Assembly (NCBI GenBank): GCA_030324005.1
Contig: JARDVH010000031.1
Location: forward strand, 52,586,832 to 52,650,600
DNA from: Negaprion brevirostris
Taxonomy: Eukaryota
DNA length: 63,769 nt
Reading direction: 5' to 3'
The notes under the pieces were generated by a model. The model had not been told where the DNA came from and made no database searches. It saw only the letters and a program-made list of their open reading frames with translations. A program made the position numbers and the translations under genes. Positions 1-12,900 of this stretch are shown here, piece by piece (position 1 is the stretch's first letter; every line of letters begins with the position of its first letter).

Positions 1-62
1 GCCGGGAATCAAACTCAGGTCCCTGGAGCTCTGATGCAGCAGTGCTAACCAGTGTTCCACCC
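1..62 (-). mobile_element. V-SINE (HE1-like) tRNA-derived head fragment
   Basis: Reverse complement of ggttagcactgctgc...cagggacctgagtttgattcccggc. Confidence 0.75.
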
Positions 63-826
63 CTTTCATGGTGTCTCCTGGTGGGATCCTCAATGTATGG
101 AGAACAGGCGCCCAGGTCTGGGACAATGTCGGTATTTCATAAAATGTCCAGGTGCCCTGATAATTTGATCAAACTAGCTCAAATTTCCAGTTTGCTGCTT
201 TTGCCTCTTTACATGAGCCAGATCAGGGATTTGAAGTCCCCAGTGAATTTAAGGAAACTGCAATACAGGTTCCTCCCTCCATGATGGGGTCATCAGCTCT
301 TGTTGTCTAGTTTGTTAAAGGGACGGAAAATCTAGACCTGCTTTTCCCAGCACTTCCGAGCAGGCTTAGCAAGTAGCAAGATAAAATTAAACCTTGGTTG
401 GGTCAGTGATTGTGCTAAATATAGGGGATAATTAACTGAATCGCCTTCTTCATAAAATATATGTTGCATTGCTTTACAGGCAACTATTCTTTGCATTTAC
501 TGCTGAAATTTAACTGGTGCATGGAACTCATTGGTCTCATCCATGGGGGGACCCGTTGTGAGGATGGAAAATCTGGCATTCCAGCCAAAACTCCATTCAC
601 TCACAGTGGGGCTGGAAAATCCCAGCCATGAATGAGCACAGAAGAGTTTGGCCTGTGTGTTAATTGCTACTTTTACTTACCATCAATGTACCAGTCTGGT
701 TTTTTCAATTCAGCTCCTGAACATAAAAAAGAATCCATCGATTAAAGGTACACTTTGCACATTCCATTATGAGGTAAAATAATAATTGTTAAAGTCTTTC
801 ATGTTCTAAAAAAAAAGCATTTTTAC

Positions 827-959
827 CTTTTGGCATTTTACATACCCATCCCAGCTTTTCATCACAGCGGAAAGGCGCAATGGTTTTATCAAATTTGTAC
901 GCAGCACAGATTCTAACATCATCATCTTTGTCTTTGTCAAGCGAAAACAAAGAAACCAC
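827..959 (-). CDS. PLA2R1: PLA2R1 exon 15 (CTLD4 C-part)
   Basis: Manual translation [44 protein letters not shown]; ctttag| acceptor, G|GTAAAA donor; 133 bp. Confidence 0.92.
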
Positions 960-3900
960 CTAAAGAACAAGAGATTGTTTGGCTTAGTTTCTCGTGTCAA
1001 CTTCATACTGGACAATCTGAGAAGCTACTTTCTTTTCAGATGTTCATTTCCAGCTCATATTGAATGGATTATTTATTTTACTTGTTCAGCAATGATTTAT
1101 TGCCCATTTTGTGAAAGATGCATACATAGTGAGATGCATTGTAAAAAATAATTATTAATCCACAGTTTCCTGCAGTTTTTTTGTCAAGAATAAGCAGTCA
1201 ATTTATATCTATCCATGTACTCTTTGGGAGGGTCCCAACGCTCAAATGCTGACGACTCTTTTTGGTGTGTGGGGGTAACAATGCTGCTGATGATTGGGGG
1301 GGGGGGTGCAATGTCCATTGGGAGTTGGGGGGAGGGCAGAGGGNNNNNNNNNNNNNNNNNNNNNNNNNNNNNNNNNNNNNNNNNNNNNNNNNNNNNNNNN
1401 NNNNNNNNNNNNNNNNNNNNNNNNNNNNNNNNNNNNNNNNNNNGGGGGGGGGAGGGAGATACCCCAGTTCAGTAGGAGATTGGGGGCAATGATGCCCAAA
1501 TGCTCTGAAAGCAACTTCACCTGCGTACCTAGCTTCCTACCAACGCATATCTCCCAGCTGTCAAAAACAAAATTGACAGACTGCCGGAAGATTGCAATGC
1601 TGAGCTCATCCAAGATGGGCTTGGAGGACTCCCACTTTCACGCTGTTACGACACTGAGAATTTTTTGGGGGAAATTCATCAAATTCCTGATAATAAATGA
1701 AGGAGATTAAAGAATGCTTACATAAGAATGAGGCTAGAAAAACTCGCTATCATGTTTGAAGCAGCAACAATTAAAATCACTGAATTAGAAAGAGTGCTTG
1801 CCAAAGAAGCAAAATAAAATCATATTCCAATCAGTTTGGTAATAAATGATTTGAAATTCTCCCAATAACTCAACAAAGTGATCTACTGATTTCTTCAGTT
1901 TTAAAAATGAGCCAAGGGCACAGCCAAGATCTGTGATTGGCAGAACAATCTGAACAAACATTTAACCACAACCAGTTCATTAATTTCTCATTTCCAGGTT
2001 TCATTTTTTTACAAAATCATATTGTTTTTGTGAAACTTTGGCCAGGATGTTTGGCTCCCAATTGTGTTGGGTAGGTGCAGTGGTGCAAGCTGGAAATATT
2101 GTGAGAATAGCCAAATCACATTTCACTTTGATATAAACGTGAGATTGTCTCCCTTCTCCATCAGCATTTCCCAATGTTTGACATCGGGATCATCATCTGC
2201 ATTCATTAACATCTCACTATCAAACACTTCCCACCACCAGAAATTCCATCCCTCTCCATGTGATAGCAGAATGGCATGAAACCCAAGGTTAAGAACATAA
2301 GAAACAGGAGCAGGAGTAGGCCATCTAGCCCTTCAAGCCTGCCCTGCCATTCAATAAGATAATGGCTGATCTGAAGTGGATCAGTTCCACTTTCCTGCTT
2401 TCTCCCCATAACCCTTAATTCCNNNNNNNNNNNNNNNNNNNNNNNNATTTGGGCCGGTGTCTGTGGGAGTTTGCGCATTCTCCCCGTGCTTGTGTGGGTT
2501 TTCTCCGGGTGCTCCGGTTTCCTTCCACACCCCAAAGATGTGCTGTTAGGCTGACTGGCAGGAATGAATTGCCCCTAAATCAGTTTCCCTCAATCTGGAT
2601 GGCCATAAAACATTAGATAGGGGTCGTGGGTGGAGAGGGGGACTGGTGTTGTTGAGGTGGTGGCGCGGGCTCATTGGGCCAAAGGGTCTGTTTCCCGGGC
2701 TGATTTTGTTCTTTGTTCTTTGAGTGCTGGGGCACTTCCAGGATGAACATTTTCGTACTGGGGTGGACTTTAAAATGATGCCCCAATCCCCGAATCCCAA
2801 ATTGCTGGTGGGGCAGGAGAATCAGAGGCTGCCCCACCTGTGATACGTCATGGGAACTACCAAGTCTGGCACTATACTGCAGAGAAAGTTGCCACTGCAG
2901 TCGGCAATTTCAATGCTGCTTTCCCCACCTTCAACAACCTTTGCTGATTTCTGGAAGGATCTTGTCCTTTCAATTTGAGAGAATTGTATCCCTTTAAAAT
3001 CTCTGTCCCCTTCTTCTGTCCTCTTTTGAAAGCCTGTTCTCTTTAAAATCTGACTTCCATTCCCTTTGGAAACCTCACAACCTGTTCTGTGTTTTGTTTC
3101 GTAAACTCTGCTCCCTGCTAGTTTGTGAGAACTGGCCATCTGACTGTCTCTCCATCTCTTGACATGGGGACTAGCTCCAATGCTGTAAGGAGTCTACCAA
3201 GCCAAAGAGTGAGCAGAGAACAAGACAAAAAGTAACAAGAAAGTGAAGTAAAATTAAGGAAAGGAAGAGGAAGAAACATCGAAACATAGAAGATAGGAGT
3301 AGGAGGAGGCCATTTGGCCCTTTGAGCCTGCTCTGCCATTCATTACGATCATGGCTGACCGTCCAACTCAATAGCCTAATCCTGCTTTCCTCCAATAACA
3401 TTTGATCCCATTTGCTCCAATGTTTTGGCATCAACTACTTCCTGTGGTAATGAATTCCACAGGCTCACCACTTTCTGGGTGAAGAAATGTCTCCTTATAT
3501 CTGTCCTAAATGGTCTACCCCGAATCCTCAGACTGTGATCCCTGGTTCTGGACTCCCCTACCATCGAGAACATCTTCCCTGCATCTACCCTGTCTAGTCC
3601 TGTTAGAATTTTGTGAGTTTCTATGAGATCCCCCCCGCCGTCATTCGTCTTAACTCCAGCAAAAACAATCATAACCTAGTCAATCTCTGTTCATAAAATA
3701 TTAAAGAGTAGTGAAAACAGAAAGAGCATGTGAAATAGAAAAGAAACAAAAGGGATGGAGGAGAAGGAGGAAGAAACAAAAGTAGAGAAGCAAGAAAGGA
3801 ATAAACAGAAAAAGAGACAGCACAAAAGAGTCAGAATGAGATTTCCAGAGATAGAAGTGAAAGAGAATTATCTTAATACCAGAAACAGAGGATATGTGGA

Positions 3901-6900
3901 GTTGGTTTATTTGGTGTGGCCTTATCTAAACCAGTAAAATAGATCATTTTTTCAAATCTAGTGTTGCCAATGATAATTGAATTAAGCACGCCTTGATTAA
4001 GGACATGTAGGTAAGATGCAAAACAAAAGGTCACTCATATAATTGCCAGTGTGTGGTTCATATCTACCCCCAAACTGAAATTCAGAGGTTGGACTGTAAA
4101 TTTTTGACAGCAAAGAACTGTGACAAAATATGCAAAAAAAGACAGCAAGCAATAAATAAGGGAAAAAGGTGCAACAAATTGGTCTTTAAAGAATTTCCAA
4201 GAAAGTATTGAAAATCAAAGAAAATCCATCCTTCCATTCAATATGGAAAAGATTGGACAGACATACTGCAGATGTGTAGCACGTGAAACAGAAAGGGAGG
4301 TTAAGTTTCTAAATCAACACTAATGAAGAGCGAACCACATCAACACAGTAATAGTGTAACTCTGAAGGAAGGTTTTTGACCTGAAACACTGGTGGGATTT
4401 TAAGACCTCACTTGAGTGAGGCTCATAAAATCTCAGCCCGAGGCCAACGGAGAATTCCTGTGAATGCCTGTGAGGCGGTAAAGTTCCAGCAATGAACTCT
4501 GTTTTCCTTTTCACAAATGCTACCTAACCTGTTGAGTATTTCTAGTTTTTATTACAGCAATTAATGTGATGTAGGGAGTGATCTGGGAATGGACTGTGAA
4601 GTAAAAAAAATGGGTTCCTTAGTGACATCTTTGATCTGGAGAAAACGACAGGAATTTTCCGTCCGTTCACACCAGCAGGATTTACCCATCCCATGCAGTG
4701 ATTGGGAATTTGGCTTGTTGCCAAAATCTCTGTCTTCACTGCAGCAGGAGTGTGGCATGAACGGGCAGTAACATTGCACCCCACATACGGCATTGAGAGT
4801 TTTGAGAAAGAACCACATTCATGAAGATTCACAAAGCACTATAAAAGGGGAAATAGCACCATCAGAAATGTCAATATAAGCATTACACTAAAATATTCTG
4901 CTATATTTCATTCTCAAGCAGTTCTATTTGGCTTTGAGGATGTTAAAGAAACGTCCTATATAAATGCACGCTCTTTCTTTCAGCTTCTTTCAAATGATAA
5001 TGCTGCTGTCTTTTTTGTTTGATGTTTCCAGTGTCCTTGGATTTTTAAAAAATCGCTATCCCTCAGAACAAGAAACATAAGTTCTGAGAGGTCCAATCGT
5101 TCAAACTTCTTCGTGCATGCAGAGTTGTAAAAAATTGATGCAACATCATTAACTGGGAATATGTTGTGAATTTAAATAGTACATAAATCATTTGGAATTA
5201 CTTACTGCACTGCCATCACTCCAAGCCCAGGAGCCAGCAGAAGCTGGATTCCTTTTGTTAAACCCAATCCAGAACCATCTTTCTTCTTCCCTAGAATATA
5301 AAAATAATTCTAGGCTGACATTTTCCCCAGTTCATTTTATTTGCACTGTACTCAAATTAAAAGTCTTGTGTTTTGCCTCTGGAATTAGTAGTTCAGCAGA
5401 CATCCACCCCATTCATAGCAACTTCCAGGCTTTTCCAATGAAATGATTTGGTCACACATGTCCATCCAAGTACACGTTGGGGGATGTTCCACTCCTGCTT
5501 TTGTGGGGAATCAGCAGTGTCGGGTGAACAAGCTTGAGTGAGTACGTCAACGTCAATGGGATTTTCTGTTCCGATTGCCCTCACCCCCTCTGCCAATGAT
5601 GGAACAGGTATCCCAACATTGAACATCAGGAACCCCATANNNNNNNNNNNNNNNNNNNNNNNNNNNNNNNNNNNNNNNNNNNNNNNNNNNNNNNNNNNNN
5701 NNNNNNNNNNNNNNNNNNNNNNNNNNNNNNNNNNNNNNNNNNNNNNNNNNNNNNNNNNNNNNNNNNNNNNNNNNNNNNNNNNGCACTGCCTAGGTACTAG
5801 CCCCAGCATTGCCAGGGCACTGCCACCTGACACTGCTCTCTGGTACTACACAGGCAGAGAGGTGTTGCATATGTGGGTGTTCCATGTCCATGGGGGTGAT
5901 TCTGTCGTAGGACAGGGAGGTGGGGGCGGGGGGGGGGGTTGACGCGGGCAGGGTGGACATCATGTGGGACCTGTTGTGATTCAGGGCATGTGGCTGTGAA
6001 TGGATAATTTAATGGGGAGGTAGGATGGATTATCAGGTGGAATTAAATTTCAATATACTCAAATGGGGTTCCTGATGTTCACTGTTGGGATGACGAGGAC
6101 TGTAGGAGGAAATTGAAGCCCGGAGTAAAACCATGCAGACACAGGGAGAACGTGCAAACTCTGCACAGACAGTGACCCAAGCCGGGATTGAACCCAGGTC
6201 CCTGGTGCTGTGAAGCAGCAGTGCTAACCACATCCACTGCAACAACTCTGCACAAAGTATCAGAAAATTCCACCCATGGTTTATTATAATGATATGAAAA
6301 TGATACATAGGCTACATTTTGTTTCATTCCTATTAGGAACCATTAACATTTAAACAGGAAATTCAAACACCCGACAATTAACTGACAGAACCATGCTACA
6401 AAATTTCACATTTTTTGACAAAAAAACTCTGCTGTATATATAACGAGAAATTAAAAGCAGCAAGCACCACTAACTGAACACCAGGGCTTATTAAGACTAA
6501 TGCTATAAACTCCATTTTACTGTACTGCACCCTGGAGTTCTCCCATCTTACAAAATCTTAAAAGGTTCATATGCTTTTTCTAGCACTAATCTAAAAGTGA
6601 TTTTATTTTGATTCTCCTTAGTATTCCAGCTATTTCCTCAATGTACAATTTTCATGGGGATCCTTCCATTGGCTTTCGGTCATCAGCCTGCAAACTCAGA
6701 AGCTGGCGGCCCACCAGCAATATTAGGCTTGATTACAGCTTCAGTGAGTCAGAATGGGGTCTCTGCACCCAACTGGTGACCTGCTGGTCAATCTGACTGA
6801 CCACACTCCATAGCCCCCCCCCTCCACCCCCGAGCAGCAGCAGGATTGAGTGGTGGATTCTGCTGGGACTACAGCTAGAACCCAAGGAAGAAAAGTCATG

Positions 6901-9900
6901 AAGCCGGGACTCAAAAGGTAAATCCAGTATTTTGGATTGGCCTGGCTTGGAGGTCCCAGCGAGCTGGCTGAAGGGAACGGGGGCTGAGTTGGAGATGCCA
7001 GGAGGGAAGTTAAAGGAAAGGCACAGCATAGCCCCTAAAGATGGTAGCCCTTCCTCTTGCTTGACAGTATCTTTGAAACAAAAGCTGCTAAGTTACCTGC
7101 CATTGCTCCACGTTCCCCTCCCATGCATAAAGTAGCGACAGAGGCAAAATGGGGACCTTATATGGCCATTAATTGACCAGTGTACTATGGGAGACAAATT
7201 GGGGCTGGGTAGAAGGTGGTGGGAAAGTCACCAGTTTTACTTCACAAGCTCCCTACCTTCAAAATATGCCAGTGGGGAGCTGTAAATTCAGCCCCCTGAT
7301 TCTGGGGAAAATGTAAATAAATCCACATTTCCAACAAAGACAGGACAAGGCTACTCAGACTACTGGCACCATTACAAAGCTCAGAGCAAACTCTCTGCTG
7401 TTCATGATTTTACCTTTCTAGCTCTGACCTCACAATCAACATGGCTCCAGCCTTTGATTGCTAGTTGTCTTCGTTTGTTGACCATTTAACTTATCTGTAA
7501 ATTGAAATGTTCCCATCCCTAAGCTAAGAGAAGATTCTGAAGATTTAAGCACTATGAGCCAGATTTTCGCAACAGTATCATTTAGTTCCTCAATTTTACC
7601 ACAGCGACATATGTCCTGGCATATAGTGTTGCTATGGCATTTGGCAGCAATTTAATCTGATGGGAAGGAGTATTATTGACAGGAGGCCAATTGATGACTA
7701 CCTCATTTTCTTTTCAAAACTAAATCATTTTCTTCTGCTGTTCTGGGGTAGGTTATGTTGTTGCATACTTGTCACGTCCACAGCAATGAATTCCTTCTCT
7801 CCCTTGTTGGGAGAACCACCAAAACTATGAAAATAATCCTGATTCCAAAAAATTAGCTGAGACAGGTGTAAAAATATTGGCTGAGTGGCAACATCAGCTC
7901 AGTGTAAGCAATATATCCAGTTCCTGCTCCACACCAAAACTCCTGTGACGAATATTGAGATAAATCTGCTAGCAGCAATTGATGAAGTTCTACTGAATTA
8001 ACATTGGTATAATAAATGCAGCTATAGAATCATAGAGGTTTACAGCATGGAGCAGTTGTACCATATTTCAGAGTGCAAAGCTGCTTTATTCAACAGTAGC
8101 CTTCACATCTTCTTCTGGTCCCTTGATTTGCTGTTGAATGTCTAGTTTGCAACATGCCATGAATGATAGAAAAGGGAAAGTGTTAATTTGACACTTGAGG
8201 TGCTCCCACAATGATCTTTCTATGATAGCATATTTACTATAGACACACTGTGGCACTAGAATTCCCTTCCTCTCTTCTCAGGTGACGTGGACAGTAAATA
8301 GCTTGGTTACTTTGAGGACATAGATGCTGACACTTGTCAAATTTTTGTCTCAAAAGTGTTGTTCAACATGTTGTGGACACACCGTGGCTGTGAGGCATCA
8401 GCGGAAGCCGATTTGTCATAGAATAGAATCCCTACAGTACAGAAGGAGGCCAGTTGGCCCATCGTATCTGCACTGGCCACATTCCCAGCCAGGTCCGATT
8501 CCCACAACTCTATACATTTTACCCTGCTAATCCCCCTGATGCTGACAGACAATTTAGCATGGCCAATCAACATCTTTGGACTATGGGAGGAAACCAGAGC
8601 ACCCGGACGAAACCCACGCAGACACGGAGAGAATGTGCAAACTCCACATAGACAACAGCCCAAGGCTGGAATTGAACCTGGGACCCTGGTGCTGTGAGGC
8701 AGCAGTNNNNNNNNNNNNNNNNNNNNNNNNNNNNNNNNNNNNNNNNNNNNNNNNNNNNNNNNNNNNNNNNNNNNNNNNNNNNNNNNNNNNNNNNNNNNNN
8801 NNNNNNNNGAAAATTAGCATAATGGTGATTTGCATTTGGTAACATACTTTAGCAGGCCATTATCGGGTGCGCAACTAGAATCTCCACCCTTGCTAGCGTC
8901 TCCCCCCTATCCAGAGTGACATCATGCTGGTAGGGTTTACAGCAGCTGTATAAAAGTCGGGACCTGGTGTGGTAGCGTTGAACAGGAGTAAAGAGTATGG
9001 GGCTGCAGTCCCTAGATTTCAGGGGAGGTTGAAGGCAGGGCCAGGAAAATTTCTCCTTGGTGTGGGGAAGTTCCTGGAGAGCAGTTCCCAGGCCTATGGG
9101 TGTTCCATGTACTCTCTGTGGGGTGGGGTGGGCTCCTTTACTGAGTGCTGGTCAGGCTGCTGTCTGCAGTCACTGGGCTGTTCCATTGTTCTGGCTGTAG
9201 GGTGTGGTGAGGGAATGGACTGAGTGCTGGGGTTTGGGGGGAGGAGGTGGTGGGCTGGGGGCGTGCACCATGAGAGCTCATCAGTTCAGGCAGCTGATGC
9301 TCTAAGGAGGAATGCTCATGTTAACACAGACACTCATAGTGCATGTATTCTGCAGTGAATGGGAACCCATATTGTGTTAATTAGGACTCTGTCCCTGCCC
9401 TGTGTCCCTCAGCTGCAACACACGCCTGGAAGGGAATGCTGTAGATGCATTCATGGTAATGGCTCAAGGAAGCACAATGGTCACACCCGCACACCAACCC
9501 GGCTCTCCCTGCCTGCCATCATGTCCCTAACCTGTACATCTTTGGACTGTGGAAGGAAACTGGAGCACCCAAAGGAAACCCACGCAGAAAGAATGTACAA
9601 ACTCCACACAGACAGTGACCCAAGCCAGAAATTGAACCTGGGTTCCTGGCACTGTGAGGCACCACTGTGCCATCATGCCTCTCCAACCATGTGCCACCGT
9701 GCCACTCCTGTGGAGAAAATTCCATTTGTCATTCAATTTCACCACTGATTAGTATGAATTCAGACAATTGTTTTACAGTCAAGATGTAGTATGTGATAGG
9801 AAATTCCACAGCTATCAATTTTGTGAAATTCAAAAAATGCAGCCAGTTTTGATCTTTCTGTGTATAGATGCATTGAATATTACGTTCAATTCTGATCACC

Positions 9901-12900
9901 ACATTACAGGAAGGATGTGGAGACTTTGGAGAGGGTGCAGAAGAGGTTTACCAGGATATGTTAAAGGGTATAAACTATCAGGAGAGGCTGGACAAACTAG
10001 GGTTGTTTTCTCTGGGGTGGCAGAGACTGAGGGGAGACCTGATAGAAGTCTATAAAATTACGGGAGACACACAGATAAGGTTGACAGTCAGATTCCTTTT
10101 CCCAGAGTTGAAATGGATAATACTGGGCGGCATGCACTTAAGGTGAGAGGGAGAAAGTTCAAAGGAGATGTGAGGGGCAAGTCTTTTACACAGAGGGTCC
10201 TATTTTAGCATTTTGATTCTAAGTGCTAGGCAAACTTAAAACTGGGAGTGTTTCAGATCAGGCTTTTAGACCCATTCTCAGGTGCCCCCATACACAGTCT
10301 GCCTGAAAAAATATCAGCGATTCTGAATCGTGCTGTAGAAGCCATCTGTGGGGCTTATTGTGCCTGAAATGCCGCAGCTCCAATTGGAGCTTTCAACTGC
10401 GCTCTAGAAAACTAGAAAAATGCTCCCCTGCTACATCACTCCCAGGCCGGATAAAGCCTCCCCCCGACCCTCATAGACAGTGCCCCACCCCCATAACATT
10501 ACTGACCCCCTTATCCCCCCACCCCCCTGCACTACTGAGACTGATTGCAGCTCCCTGCCCCCCACCAATCACATGCAGAGTGACAGTGAACTCCCCTTTC
10601 CCACCCAACCAATCACACACAGAATGGCAGCAGACCTCCCCACACCGCTGCCCCCCCACCGATCACACACAGAGTGGCAGCAGACCGCCCCGGCCCCCCC
10701 CCCCGGGCGCCCCCACCCCCCCCCCNNNNNNNNNNNNNNNNNNNNNNNNNNNNNNNNNNNNNNNNNNNNNNNNNNNNNNNNNNNNNNNNNNNNNNNNNNN
10801 NNNNNNNNNNNNNNNNNNNNNNNNNCCCCGACCCCCTGTCTCCACCACCCCACCACCAGAGAGCCATTTGACCTGCCTCCCTACCCCCCACCACTGATCT
10901 GAGTCAGAGAGCCACCGGAAGCTCTGAACTTACCTCAGAAGCTGGAACACCTGAATCGGACCTTTGTGGGCCATGTCTGTTTTGTGCCGAATCTGGACAG
11001 GCGAATATGGTGGTAAAGGGGGAAGTGTCGATAAGTTTGGGCATGCAACCCATTAAGTCAATTTGCACCCATTTCGGGCGTGGTCCCGATGGTGACCATT
11101 TTCAGCCCTTGGTAAAAGGGGAATAGGAACAGAGATGTTTGCAGATCCCGCTACTTGCCTCATGCCCAACTTTACCAAGCTTTTATGCCTGAAAATGGGC
11201 ACAACTTGATGGTAAAATGGGGCCCACAGAATGATAGGTGTCTGGAATGCGCTGCTGGGGTGGTGGTGCAGGTAGATAGAATAGGGGGCACTTAATGAGC
11301 TTTTAGAAAAGCACATGAATATGCAAGGAATTGAGGGATAAGGACAAAGGGAAGGCAGAATGGATTAGTTTAATTTGGCATCATGTTCAGCACAACCTTG
11401 TGGATTGAAGGTCTGTACCTGTGCTGTACTGTCCTATGATCTAGACAAAATTATTAAATAATACAAAGTTGTCCAAAAGCAAAATACTGCAGATGCTGGA
11501 AATTGGAAAAAAAGAACAGTTAATGTTGGTTAAGCTCAGTAGGCCAGGCAGCACCTGTGGGCAAAAAGAGAAAGTTAACCTTTCAGGTAAATGAAATTTC
11601 ATCAGGACTATCAAAAGGTTGTCAACCAAAAACATTAACTCTGGTCCCTTCTCAGAAGATGCTGCTTGTTCTGCTAGATATTTTCAAATACAAAGTGCTC
11701 TTCTGACTTGCAAAAAATCCAAACAAGAATAATTGAATATCTATGTTGCACTCAAAAATAACACTTTATATTTTACCTGGCAAACATCCAACTCAAAATT
11801 TCATTCAGAAAAACTTCTTCACTGTAGTGACTAAAACTTGCAAGATGGGCTCCAAATGCTTGACAGAATTCTTCTGCTTCTTCCCAAGTTCTCGTCTTTA
11901 ACACTTTCTCATGATGAAATATCTTAGAACAGAAATTGTACACGAATAAAGATCGCAGACTATTGCCAGGCATAACACATCTTAAGTCTTGCCATTGAAC
12001 CATAACGGATGACTTTGTGGTTGACTTTTTGTCATCAAGATGTGGGTGATGCTGGCAAGCCCACATTTATTGCCCATCTCTCAATGCCCTTAGGAAAGTG
12101 GCACTTGACATTCTCCTGCATTGTCTGAGTTCCAGAATTCACTTTCCATCCTCTCTGCTAGTTCTACTTATCTCCTTTTCCTCTTTTTGTTACATTATCC
12201 CACATACCCTCCTCTTTCTTTTATTTTCCTCAGTGACCTTTCACCATCCTTTCTCCCTCACCCCCAGAGTTTGCTCAAGATTGCCATCTTCCGTTCTCTA
12301 TAATAACTTGACGTGCCAGGGCAGAGAAACCTAGTATAACTCATTGTGCAAATACAGTCAAACTAAGCTTAGCTTCCTCATATATTGACAATTTAAAGAT
12401 ATTTTTTGAAAATAAATAATTTATGAAAATGAATATTATAGTAGACAATTACATTTACCGTAAGCTATTCCAGTTGACTACTAATCCTAAAATGCTCACA
12501 AGCTGACAGAAATACCATATGAAGATGACAAATTGATTTAATATCACATTCTATATCATGTTATAGTATTTCATTATCTGTGCTATATCAAGATCTGAAT
12601 TCAATTTCAGGACAAAGCACCACATCTTCTGTAAGTGAGAATAGTGAAGATCTACAGCAAAAAATGGAAAAGAAACATGTTTGCTTATCTTGCACTGACA
12701 GTTGATTTGAAAGTAAATGTTTTCACCTTGAAGCAGTGCCGGAGATCTGACCTTGATTCCCATCCAAAATGACATTTAGATTTAGCTTTCATGGCTCGAT
12801 CAGGGAAGGATTCTGATCTTACTGCAGATGCAGTGTTTTGCTCACACAAAGACACCGCTTTGAAGGTTTTACAATCTTTAACTTCCCAAAGGATATGGGA

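Noticed and set aside
3710-3870. Lys/Glu-rich ORF ([13 protein letters not shown]...)
   Set aside because: Purine-rich low-complexity intronic DNA.
10560-10700. Repeat-spacer-like array resembling CRISPR
   Set aside because: A degenerate minisatellite inside a eukaryotic TIR element; no cas genes and no unique spacers of constant length.
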